From Octopus vulgaris (lineage: Eukaryota): a DNA stretch of 64,000 bases. Within the stretch, counting starts at the first letter, position 1. The number at the start of each line of letters is the position of its first letter. Location of the stretch: assembly GCA_951406725.2 (NCBI GenBank), contig OX597815.1:54126001-54190000 (forward strand), given 5' to 3'. This document shows, in pieces, positions 13,300 through 25,690 of the stretch. A model generated the notes under the pieces. It saw only the letters and a program-made list of their open reading frames with translations. It was not told where the DNA came from and made no database searches. Both the position numbers and the translations under genes were made by a program.

Positions 13300-15060
13300 G
13301 AGTCTCCAGACCCACACTCGATCATTGTCAGAAAATGCGGCAAACCTGGACTCACCAGAGAATATGATAGTGTTCTAAACTGCTAGTGGCCTCTCCACCC
13401 TTCTCACTGGCCTAATCTTTTCTTCGATTGACATTGGCTGGTTGAAGAAGTGACTTCCTTCTTGCTGTTCTACCATAGTATCCAAGTTTGTGGAGATACA
13501 TGACTACTGTTCTGGGATTGATATCTATTTATGTGTGTGCTTCTGTATTTCATATATATTTCTGATTGTGCGCATATCTTTCCTGAAAAGCTCAAATTGC
13601 GAAACCTTGAAAGGCTTTACAAATTTTCCCTCTATCTCTAATCAATTGTACCTGAAAAATTCCCATCAGTGTACCTCATTTTCTATTTTTTCTAAGAACC
13701 CAAGCATTCTAAGTTTTTGTTTCTCATGTAGCATATGCGCCAGGGATAATAGGAACAAATGAAGACCTATAGCCTGGACATAAGGATAGAAGGTTTCTCA
13801 ACAGTTTTCCATAGACGTTCGTTTTCCTAAATTTTAACGAGACATTCACATCCGCTAAACAACAGTATATGACTCCTGTTCCCTGTTGCATTCAGTTGTA
13901 TCTGGCCTGTTGTTCTTACAACAGGTTGCTTTCTTTCTTGAAATATTCCGCCAGAGTTCGTTACTTTTGAATGTGTGGATTCTTTCTGTTTCTGTGGTAC
14001 AGCCGTCAGGACAAACCTTATTATGCATGTCTCAGTGGATAGTAGTGTCTTTTGGACACTCTTGGACAGCTACTGATGATATGGCTTGTTTCTTTTACAC
14101 TGGTACAGCAAAATCGAACGTTACTATCACAGGCTGGGGGCTTATAAGTATTTTTATCTTTTTTGCTAATATAGTATTTAGTGGCTGTCTCTTGTTTTTG
14201 GATAGCAACGGCATAGATTACTAAGTGAGTTGGGAAGACTTGTTCTAAGTCCAGAAGAGGCTACTATTCTTGTGAATGCTGTCAGCATTCCATAGATTGC
14301 GGGATAAGTACCAATCAATAATTAATTTCTGTTGGTACAATGTATATTTCTCTTCCATACCTTTGTTTAAATAGGTCGATCTAACCACCATTAGAACAGC
14401 TGTACGCTCGAAGTTACTTGTTCAGGAGTTCTTTACCTAATCTCATGTTATTACCTTCATTGTTGAGTATACATGTGATGTACTCATTTCTCTCTTTACT
14501 CTTCAGTAAGGGATGTCAAAGTAGCATGATATACCACTGAAATACCGTGTTTTGCAACCACCTCACCTGCCTCTGTTTAACATAAATCCTATCTGTCATT
14601 ATTGATGTGGAATTCACCAGTCATTGTTTGTGTCTTCCTAGTGCTGGCGTTCAGTTTAAGGATTTCTTCAGTTGCCCAGTTTTATATCTCACACTGGCTC
14701 CGAGAGAGCATTGGATGATATAATTTTATTCATTGCAATTATAACCGAAATCTGCTCCAGTATTCTTTTGTTGCACTATACTCACAGAACCAACGTATGC
14801 AATATTTGTGTTCATTTTAAGGTACCTGCAACATTCACCACTGGTGATAGGGGAAATAAAGAGGCCATTCATATCCAAATTCTTTGCATGGTCGACATCT
14901 TACTCATTTAACTATCAAATACGAAAACTCGTTCTGTCCAAACTCCATTCGAAATCTTCGAGTTCAGTATACGGTCACCAGCAAAAAGGATGTGGGAGAC
15001 AAATCTTTTCTTTGGCAGACGAAAAGCATAACAGCCTGAAATATCCCTGTTAATATCCAT
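13300..15060 (-). mobile_element. Heavily decayed R4-like LINE RT region
   Basis: Minus-strand remnants SHILFAGDRIL (cf. SHLFYMDDLKL) near 14990 and DRIYVKQRQ (cf. DRLYLPRAQGGRG) near 14580. Confidence 0.55.
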
Positions 15061-15902
15061 TCTGTTAGTGACTGTGGGAGTAGTGTCAATTCATATCGAT
15101 ATCTTCGTGGGCCATGTTGTTGTCACCCAGTTAATGGCATTGGCTATGACAAAAATTGCTCGATTTGGCGCTAAATAAATGACGTTGGATCCTTTAAAAT
15201 GAACCATAATATATAGGTTTTATTGAAAATAAATTAACATTGGAATTATTAACATTTCATTATTTATTTTAGACTAAAAGAAAGCTTGTAGTATTGGGTA
15301 CATAGATATAATTTAATAGTTACTTTCTCTATTAAACTTAGATATTAAAGCTGATAGAAATAGCAATGATATTCATAATAATGTTAGCCTTGATGATATT
15401 ATGCATTACTCTCATTGTAAGAAGAATAAAGTGATAACTATGATATTATTGCTGATAATAACAACTTTAATATTGGTAACGTTTTAAATGAAGAAAAAGA
15501 GGAGGAGTATATATTAATACTGATAATAACAAAATTAGAGATCAAGATAATGTGATAGAGAAAAAAAACACATATAATTTTGTTGCTGATAAAAATATAG
15601 GAGATAAAATTAATGAGGATAGAAAATATGAGATTACTAGATTATGTTCTACAAACATAAAAGTAATCATTCTAGGGACAGAATAAAGACAATTCCAAAA
15701 TGTGCGATCCTACCTGTCTATCAACAGAGATTTCGAAAGCCTTAAAAGATATGAAGTTTTTACATATTTAAAGAAAAGAAATTATAAGAAATTTTCAGAA
15801 GTGCGTTCTTAAATTTCCTTAATTTTTAAAGACGAAGAGTGTGAAAAAAGTTATAGCTAATCAACTAGGATTGTGTCTTTTATCATTTATACTTTACCTG
15901 AT

Positions 15903-16176
15903 TACTTGTTTCAGTCATTCGACTGCAACAATGCTGGGGTATCGCTTTGAAGGATTTAGTTGAATGAAATCGCCTCCATTACATATTTTAAGTATAGTAT
16001 TTATTCTATCGGACTCTTTTGACGAAATGCTCATTTATGGGGACGTAAACTTTCTGTCTACCCAATTCAGACAAAGCATTGGCCGGCCCGAGACTATAGT
16101 AGAAAACCCAAGAAACAGTTCACTTGGATTGAACCTGAAACCACGTGGTTGCAAAGTGTGGCTTTTTAAACCACAT
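15903..16176 (-). mobile_element. SINE family A, diverged and internally deleted
   Basis: ttacttgtttcagtcattcgactgc...ggggacgtaaac...agactatagtagaaaa aligns to 38065-38452. Confidence 0.75.
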
Positions 16177-16236
16177 AGGCAGATATCTATCTATCTATCA
16201 ATCTTTAGCTACACAAGCTCACATACGCACACGCAC

Positions 16237-16289
<53 letters not shown>

Positions 16290-17375
16290 ATATATATATA
16301 TATATATTTGTTGGGCATCCGTTGTTCCTACCACTCTGAAGTTCATTTAGATAGGTCAGTCAATTTAGAGTTCCTTAAGACTCTATTTGGAATTCTTTGG
16401 TAACTAAATTACGAATATTTTTTTCTCCCGCAAGTATGGAACGTTAACCTTCGAGGTTTGAACGAAAATTAAATATTATGAAGATATATAAATAATGTCA
16501 TTCTTGTTCATCGCTACGACATCAATGTATCTTCGTATGAGAGAAAACATAAGTCCTCATCATAATCATTTCAATTTAAAAGCTAAAACATAAATGAATA
16601 AATATTCTAAAGCAATATTAAAATCTACAATGTAGACTCCACATATAAATTATTCAACTTAACAAATTTTCAGCCTAGGATATCGAAATCTTTGAAATTA
16701 AATTAAAGTTATTTAATGTGAATTTTAGTTGGAACATGCAAATATCTGATCAATTTAAATTAAAAGTGGTATTTCAGAAAGAAATGTTGTAGGGCTTCTG
16801 CATAATATTGCCGTTGCAATAGCTTCAAAAAAATGAAGATCTAATACACAAGCTAATTAAAGAAACTAATGAATTCATGAAAGCTGGTCAGTATAATGAT
16901 TTACATTATTTAGAACTTCGTTTAGAAATGCATGATGCATTAAAGAATCCTGATATTAATATTATAGCAACGCTATAATATTAATATTAATATTAATATT
17001 ATAATATTAATATTATAGTAACGCTCATGTTTATCGCTATATTTTAAGAAATGCTTTGGTTAACTGTGTACATTTTCATTCTGAGGCAAATTAGAAGTTT
17101 TAATTACCTTCGCTTAATCTCATGCGTGCACAAAGGCAAATTTACATATACATATATACTTAGACATAAACAAAATATACACACACATACGCATACAAAC
17201 AAAATTTTCTTAAAAACGGGGTCATAACCCCGAAATGTTGAATACAAGGTAAGTCTACATTAATTCACATATTTGTTTTCTTGTGATTTACCTTGCATTT
17301 ACTTCGCATTGTTTGGGCCTTACCCACGATCCTTTATACAACATACTCGACACAATGCTTCACAGTAATTATTCC

Positions 17376-17434
<59 letters not shown>

Positions 17435-17504
17435 GTGTGTGTGTGTGTGTATGTGTGTGTGTGTGTGTATCATCGAAAATGTGTACAGTATTATATATCC
17501 ATCG

Positions 17505-17598
17505 CGGCTGATTTTACCAATTTGTTTCGTGCTAGGAATACAACGGAGTGTTAAATAAAAATCCGATTATATAACCTTACGCTCATCAGAATTAGCCG
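17505..17598 (-). ncRNA. Type I hammerhead ribozyme motif with long stem II
   Basis: Minus strand: CGGCTAATT-CTGATGA-[approx. 55-nt imperfect hairpin incl. ATATAA/TTGTAT, CGGA/TCCG]-GAAA-C-AAATTG-GTA-AAATCAGCCG; stem I CGGCT/AGCCG. Confidence 0.75.
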
Positions 17599-17944
17599 TT
17601 ACGGAAAGGAATATGGCGACTCCTCTCTATTATCGGAGGCAAATAGACACATCCGGTTTGCGATTGTTGCGAAAAAGATACATATATACACATGTGTATA
17701 TACATATTGTGTGTGTGTATGTGCGCGCGCGTGTGTGTAACTATTTGTATCTATATGTATGTTTATACATACAAATGACAAACTCACAAATTGTAATTAT
17801 CCTATTCCTCGGATAATTATAAAGTAGTTGATTATTAAAATAGGTTATAGTAAAACATTCATGAATATCAGTACAAATAATGATTGTATAAGGTGGAACA
17901 CACGGCTTAACTCTATGAAGATATCTAGGAAAAAATATATAAGA

Positions 17945-18457
17945 CTAGCAGTATCGCCCGGCGTTGCTCGGGTTTGTAAGGGAAATAACTATATAAGCAT
18001 TTTTAGAGAGTTACTTCCCTTATAGATGCCAATTCGGGCTTTCTTAGCCATTTCTGTTTTGGTGTCTTCAAGCCATGAAGTCGTTGTTCTAAAAGAACGC
18101 TGGTCTCCTTGACAACGCTTTACGAAGTTAATTTCCTTACACTCCCTTCCCCACAGCTTCACAAGGGATGGAAGAAGGGGGAGAAGCAAACAGGTGCAGG
18201 TGTGACCATGGATGCCAACTCCGCCGCCATCGACACACGAAAAATTATGCATTAAAATGGAATAAAAAATGACGTTAAATTATTTTTAAAATCGTAGACT
18301 CATCGTAGACGCGCGCTAATACTCAGACGGGCTCGATATGAATCACGACTATAAGATACCTGAATTTGGTTAAACTGCACCGCAAAATGTAGGAGTAGTT
18401 AGGAATCTAAATCGAAGGGGACAGACACTCACACAACTACAGTTTTATATATAGAGA
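17945..18457 (-). mobile_element. Non-autonomous Helitron (513 bp)
   Basis: Minus strand starts TCTCTATATATAAAAC and ends with GC hairpin CCCGAGCAACGCCGGG + CGATACTG + CTAG; inserted between A and T with no TSD. Confidence 0.88.
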
Positions 18458-20023
18458 TTATATTTAACTCGGAAACGGTGGAAAAGTATTGCATGAATAT
18501 GTGTACCGAAAGGGAAATAACCAAAAATATCTGTTTTTCTGAAGGGCAGTTTTTGTACTTATTTTTACTTTAGATAAGAACAAAAATTATAATAATTGTT
18601 ATTAACTGCACAATTTTTTTTACTATTTCCTTGACGAAAACTGCCGTAAAATATTCACTTTACTTTGGTGACGGCCGTATCCCTGTAAAACTTTTGAAAA
18701 AGTCATTTGATGATGTCTCTTCTTCTCTAATGAAACATCAAGTAAGGATGTTTAACGTCTAAAATAGAATAAGTAGAAAAAGAAATTGCAGCTTATAATG
18801 GTCTAATTGATTCAAGTAAATACAAAGTACTTTGATTCCTTCCCAAGTTCGAGTGAAATGTCCATAGTTGTTTGTTTGGCCATATTCTAACGTGGACCAA
18901 TTAATTTTAAATATAATCAAGTTTATTTTTTTACCTGTAAAAATCTAGAACAACTCTACCTGGACAGTGAATTGCTTATTTCGGTGCTTACATGAGTATA
19001 CATGCTGGCATAAACAAACTCTGAATTATTTCTCTGTTCATCATGTAAGTTTCTTGATTTACACATATATTATACGAAAACATTCGAAACACAAATGACG
19101 ATGAAAGGGCATTTACTTGCAGCAATACTAGTAATGTAGGGAGAAAAAAATGAGTCAATGATATTGGGAAAGCTTATACACGTATGTTTGTGTATGCCTG
19201 TGCGCGTGTACTTCTTGTGTATGAGTAAGAAAATGAGACTGCAGAGAGAGAGAGATATGATGGAATGAAGTTATGATTATATATCGTCTAAATGATACAT
19301 AGAAAAGAAAATGTATAGATAGAATGATTAATTAGTGAGACAAAGAAACAGAAAAAGAGAGAATAAGATGATCAGTAGTGGTGTTGCGTAACCCTATATC
19401 AAGTATTGTAAGGAAGACGTACATTCATCCATATTTTAAGTGTGGGCTGAAATTAGAATTAGATTTGGGTGTTATTTCAAACAGATCATGAAGACGACAT
19501 GAACGCATTTTTTCTGGGCTTCCATTTAATAGTGTGCATGTGCATGCATGTATCTTTGTGTGTGTGTGTTTGTATATATGTGTATATACGTACGTGTATG
19601 TACGTATATGTCTTTGTTAGTGTGTTGTGTTAGAGGAGAGAGAGAGTGGGCGCTTGTATATATTATATACATAGAAATTAAAAATTACAAGCATTAAAGA
19701 GCCATTTAAATGCAATGATGAAATATAAGTACATAGAAATATATTGAAGACGAGACATATAAGAAAAGTTATTAATTGGAGAGAATCACAACAATATTGA
19801 ATATATATCTATTATAATGACTGACGCTACATACTTTATCTACATATAAATTTCACTTCAGACTTACACCCACGCACAGCTGCCGATTGTTAATTGGACA
19901 AGCGATTAACATCATGTTCATATGCAAGTCGTTTTCATAATATTCTCACGAATAAGACACAGGCACGCTCATATATGTGTACACCCATGAATATATACAA
20001 ATATTTACTCATATATAGATATG

Positions 20024-20024
<1 letters not shown>

Positions 20025-20111
<87 letters not shown>

Positions 20112-20160
20112 CATACATACATACATACATACATACATACACACACACACGCACACACAC
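20025..20160. repeat. Compound (GATA)n-(CATA)n-(CA)n microsatellite
   Basis: Seen directly. Confidence 0.95.
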
Positions 20161-20513
20161 ATTCACACACAAATATATGTGCGAGTGTTAGTGTGTATGG
20201 TAATTAAACATACATGAACTCCATAAGTTAAATCTTAATTTGTCTAATCGAAATGTCTATCTGCCGAGAATAATCTGTAAATAATTATAAATTCCTTTGG
20301 ACTATGACCAACGTCTATATGAAATAAATAAACGGAAAGAGTGAAAGTTGAACACATCAATATGAAAAAAAAACAGTATACCTTTTTAACCTTACAGTCA
20401 AACAATTCGATCATCTAGTTGTACTGGATAAACTACATCTGATATGTTAGAATATAGTGAAGCCAACCGACAGTGAATGTCAGAATATAAAACTACATAG
20501 AAAAAGAGCAAAC

Positions 20514-20570
<57 letters not shown>

Positions 20571-20574
<4 letters not shown>

Positions 20575-23500
20575 CTAAATCAGTATACCAAATCGCTTGT
20601 CCTATGGTTAATCTGGAAGCGCGTCCCCCAGGGAAGAGCCAGCCTGGGATCGAAAAGTCATCAACTGGCACAAACTCTTCTCCGAATACAGACATGGATG
20701 GTCACTTGAACGGGGAATCCCCCAACTCGAGCCCTCCAAGTTCACCACCACAACCACCACAGAAAGAAAAATGTAAGCGGAACAAATGGACCCGAGAAGA
20801 GTATAAAGAAGTAATATACGCTTATTACTATGCATTAGGTAGGCCATCTCAAGAGAGACACACCGCAAACTGTTACAGTATATGGAGAACACGGAATCAA
20901 GACAGTAGGCCCTATTTGGACGAGAACAAATTAGCAAATGTGAGGAGGGATATCCTTAGAAATAACAGACTCACAGACAGTGAAATAAGCGCGATCAAGC
21001 ACGCAACGGAAAATGACATAAATATAAGACACAAAGGAAATGAAGAATCAGATGAACAGTATAGCCCGCCACATGGCTTAATTGAAAGACTGCCATATGA
21101 CCAAAGTACGCAAAGGCCTGAAGATACAAGAAATTCTATTGTACCTGTTAAAGATAGCCAGGAAAACGAAAAAACAACAGTAACTGAAGATCTCGCATTT
21201 GCTGAAGAACACAGAGAGTCTATGGCAGAAATGAGGCAAAAAATCCTGAATACGCTTGAAGTTGTAAGACATACAAGTATGAATGATAGAGAACCACTTC
21301 ATAAACTCTCAAATACAAACCAAAATAAAAAACAAATCCGAATTGGCAACTATGTAACAAATGAAATAATACGAGAATTAAAACCTGATTTTACTGAGTT
21401 AAATGAAATTATTTACGCTTCTGCTAGGGCAATTGAAACCAGCTGTATGCCCCCGAAAAAACAAAGAAAACAAAACCTGGGAAGAAATCAAACCTGGAGA
21501 AGTAAAATTGAAAAAGAGATTGAATTTATGAGAGGGGAAATATCAATATTAAATGAACTAATATGTGGAAATGATGTAAGATCCAGAACAGGAAGAAAGA
21601 TGAAGAGAAAATTTGGATCCTCACCAAGAGAAGAACTGATATCAATAAAAGAAACGCTGAAACAAAAAGTCCAAGCAAAAGCCCAAAGAATACGAAGATT
21701 TGAGAAGAGAAACAAGTTTTACAAGCAAAATAAGCTGTTCACATCCAATGCCAAAAAATTCTACAGAGAAATAGGGAAGGAGAAAGTAACCGTTAAAGAA
21801 CCCCCTCCCATGGAAGAAGTTCAAAACTTTTGGAAAAGGATTTGGAGTGACAAGAAGACGTACAACATAAATGCAGACTGGATTATACAAACTGAAATAT
21901 CCTACCAAAATTTACAACAACAAGCATGGGAAGACATCACAATAGCAGACCTAAGAAAGGCACTCACGAAGGCCCATAATTGGAAATCCCCCGGTAAAGA
22001 TAGGGTGTCGAATTTCTGGCTCGCATCGCTCCCATGCGCACACGGTAAGCTAGTTCAGCTGCTTAATGGAATTATGAGAGACCCAAAGAAAACACCTGAA
22101 TGGTTAGCAAGTGGCATTACTTACCTACTCCCAAAGAATAACGAAACCAACCTTCCAAAAAGCTATCGGCCTATAACCTGTCTATCCACCACGTATAAAA
22201 TCCTAACATCTATCCTGGCGGAGAAAACATATGCATTCATGGAGAAGAACGATATTTTCCCCATTGAACAAAAAGGGTGCCGCCCGAGGCTCTTACGGAT
22301 GCAAAGATCAACTGCTAATCAATCGTATGATCCTTGAGAACTATCACAACAAGCGCAGAAATCTCAGCACCACATGGATTGATTACAAAAAGGCCTTCGA
22401 CAGTATACCGCATCCATGTCTTGAGATCGCTGGATATCTTCAAAATTTGCCCTGTGATTTCAAACTTCCTGAAGCACAATATGTCGTTGTGGAATACGAA
22501 TCTCCAATTATACCACTCTAATAGAGTACTTGCCTCAGAAAATATAAACATCAACTGTGGAATTTTTCAAGGTGACTCACTTTCACCTTTAATATTCTGC
22601 ATAGCCCTAATACCCCTTACAAGTGAATTAAACAGAACAGGGTATGGGTATAAAATTGCCAATAAAAAAATAAGCCATCTATTTTATATGGATGACTTAA
22701 AACTTTATGGTAAAGACAATAATGAACTTGAAGGCCTATTGCGCACCGTGAAAGCATTCAGCGATGACATCGGGATGGAGTTTGGACTTGAGAAGTGTGC
22801 CAAGGCCACTTTCCAGAAAGGGAAAGTGAAGACCACAAATTCAGTCGTGTTAGATGTTGACACAGTCATAAGAGAGCTTGAGCAAGAACAAACATACAAA
22901 TATTTAGGGATAAATGAAGGCTCTGGTATTCAGCATGCAAGCATGAAAGAGAAAATCAGGAAGGAATGTTATAGGAGAGTTCGTGCAGTCCTGAAATCTG
23001 AACTAAATGCACGTAACAAGGTGTTAGCTATAAATTCCTTAGCAGTTCCAGTTGTTACTTATAGCTACAATGTGTTGAACTGGAATATGAGTGAAGTAAA
23101 GAATATAGATAGAAAAATACGCAAGCTGCTGAGTTGTAATAGGATGCACCACCCAAAGGCAGACGTAGATCGCCTTTACCTTCCCAGAGCCCAAGGAGGT
23201 CGAGGCCTGATCCAATTTGAACTAGCTTACAAAACAACCACAATTGGACTGGCCAAATATCTCGAAATATCGAATGACTGGATGCTAAAGCTCGTGGAAA
23301 ATCACGAGAGACGAAAGAAGCTTCATTCTATCATAAAGGAAAGCAAAAAATTTGCTATTGATCTCGTGCAGGATACCCAAACTGAACAACCCGAGGGAAG
23401 TACGGCAACTATTGTTGCAAAGAAGGTGAAAATGATGGCAATGAAGAAAGCGCACGAGCAATTGGCTGATAGGTGGGAGGAGAAACCTCTGCACGGCAAA

Positions 23501-24382
23501 TATGTGACCCGCAGCAAACAAGCTGATGTTGACCAGAAGCAAACCCATCAGTGGCTACGGAGCTCAGGGCTAAAAGCAGAGAACGAAGGTTTCATCCTGG
23601 CTGCTCAAGATCAAAGCCTATTAACCCGGAACTACCAGGCCAATGTGATGAAAAATGGAGCAGACCCAAAATGCCGATTCTGCAACGACATGATTGAAAC
23701 AGTGGACCACCTAATCTCTGGATGTAAAGTCTTAGCACCAGTGGAGTATAAATTAAGACATGACAGAGTTGGCCAATATCTCCACTGGCTAATAAGTCGG
23801 CATTACAATATCAAAACTGCCGACAAGTGGTATAATCACCACCCTGAGGCTGTAACTGAAGGAGAAATGTAACCATTCTGTGGGACTTTCCAGTACATAC
23901 AGACCGAACCATCAAGAAGCAATAAAGTTTGCTTATTGATCGACATGAGCATCCCCTGTGATCATAATATCTCAGCGAAAGAGTTTGACAATATCAGAAA
24001 ATATAAAGACCTACTCATTGAAATTGAGAAAATGTGGCATCTCAAGGCGGTTACAATACCAGTGATCGTAGGAGCACTAGGAATGATCAAGAAGGGAACC
24101 GAAAATTATATGAGAATGATCCCTGGCTTACCATCCCTGCAAGAAGTGCAAAAGATTGTCTTAACTGGTACATCACACGTATTGAGAAGAGCATTGTCGA
24201 TGTGAGAACTGTTGCTGCTCATGTATTTTAATTTAACTTTAAAAAAAAAAAAAAAAAAATGAACGAACTAGTGAGTTTGGTTTAATGGCCTACCAATGTA
24301 TGCTATGAGTTTCTTTGCCCTAGGAGTCGGGAAGACACTCGGCAAGAAATGGAAGCAAATTTGAAAGAAGAAAAAAAAGAGT
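20571..24382 (+). mobile_element. Near-full-length R4/Dong-clade non-LTR retrotransposon inserted in (TAA)n
   Basis: (TAA)n on both flanks (20516-20570, 24383-24468); single long disrupted ORF; approx. 175-bp 3' UTR shared with copies ending near 41987 and 44990. Confidence 0.95.
20604..24205 (+). pseudogene. RT-CCHC-RLE polyprotein of the R4/Dong element, frameshifted
   Basis: KWTREEYKEV N-terminal motif; WKSPGKD, YRPITCL, EQKGC, WIDYKKAFDSIPH, GIFQGDSLSPLIF, HLFYMDDLKLY, YKYLG; CRFC..ETVDHLISGC; RHD; LLIDMSIP..KYKDL; frameshifts near 22285, 22420, 23866 and a deletion near 23916. Confidence 0.93.
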
Positions 24383-24467
24383 AATAATAATAATAATATT
24401 AATAATAATAATAATAATAATAATAACAATAATAATAATAATGATAATCATTAATAATAATAATAAT

Positions 24468-24612
24468 AGTTTCAAATTTTGGTATAAAGTAATTTCGAAA
24501 GAGGGAAAATCGATTACATCGACCCGAATATTTAACTGGTACTTATTTTATTGCCCTCGAAAGGGTGACAAGCAAAGTCGACCTCGACGGTAATTCAACA
24601 CAGAACGCAAAA
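24468..24612 (-). mobile_element. SINE family B
   Basis: atcgattacatcgaccc...ctggtacttatttt...aaagtcgacctcg is the reverse complement of the family B body. Confidence 0.8.
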
Positions 24613-25194
24613 TTAAACTTCCCTTACCACGTCAGGATAATACTTCTAGAATGCACTTCATACAGTAGTCAGTTACATTATCCCTGTGGTGGCTAGCTTC
24701 ACTTGCATATTTGTGATTTAAGTAGTTGGTCATGAAAGAAACAATATATACTTGTATGGGCAACGGAGTATAATCAGAATTTAAATACTAGAGAGATGCC
24801 GGAACACCGACAAAAGCATAGCAGTCACAATTAAGGCCAATGAAAGAAATTTGTGAAATTTAAGAATTAAGGAAGCTATACTCATACACAGACTAGGGCC
24901 CCAAATTAACAACAGGCTGGAGGTTGGTACTTAACACATTACTTAGATACATCTGGATGCGTGTAGGTTCAGTTTTTGGTAATATGCTAATCTGTAATTT
25001 TAACAAAAAAGAGAAGAGAAGAGAAAAAAGAAGGGAAAAAAGGAAGCTGCTCGTATAATACTAACTTAGAAGCAGTGCTATGAATGTACCAGCACACACG
25101 AGATTGAGACATGGCCGACCTCACACACTTCTCATGAGGAACATCGTGAGACCACTGCTGAGACGCCCCCCCCCAAAAAAAAAGAAAGAAAGAA

Positions 25195-25690
25195 GAAAAG
25201 CCGTTGGAAAACCAATTATGGTGTACTGCTGGACTTCTTAAAACCCGGAAAACCATTACTGCAGGAACATATTGCTATGAAATTGACAAAAGGATCGAAA
25301 AACTGCTACTCCTCCATCCAAGACTGGTGAACAAAAGAGGGCCAATCATTCTTGATGGTGACAATGCTCGACTACACTTTTCACTAATGACGCTCCAGAA
25401 GTTGAGAGAACTTGGCTACGAATTACTTCCTCACCCAGCTTATTCTCCAGACCTTTCTCCTACCCACTTGACGGTTTCCTGCGAGAGGAGTTCAAAAATG
25501 AAGCTGATGCTGAAAGCAAGTTCACAGTTCATCAGCTCGAGGACATTTTTATGTCAACGGATTAAACAAATCTGTAACTCGTTGGCAAAAATGTGGTGAT
25601 ACTTACTCTGATGAATAAAATTTCCGCATTGTTGAAATATATTATGATGAATTTCCTGTTTCAAAACGTTGCTTACTTTTTCAATTCCCA
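25195..25690 (+). mobile_element. Mariner transposase 3' fragment (decayed)
   Basis: TITAGTYCYEI, PIILDGDNARLH, LLPHPAYSPDLSPT. Confidence 0.85.

Noticed and set aside
16952-17025. AT-rich palindromic stretch atattaatattatagc-aac-gctataatattaatat
   Set aside because: Mostly low-complexity (TATTAA)n units that are self-complementary by nature
20457-20603. N-terminal extension with poly-Ile on the 626-aa ORF
   Set aside because: Read-through of the flanking (TAA)n target from a GTG; not part of the element
20571-20680. HDV-like ribozyme at the 5' end of the R4/Dong element
   Set aside because: Only simple hairpins (CCCAGG/CCTGGG, CGCTT/AAGCG); I could not build the nested double pseudoknot
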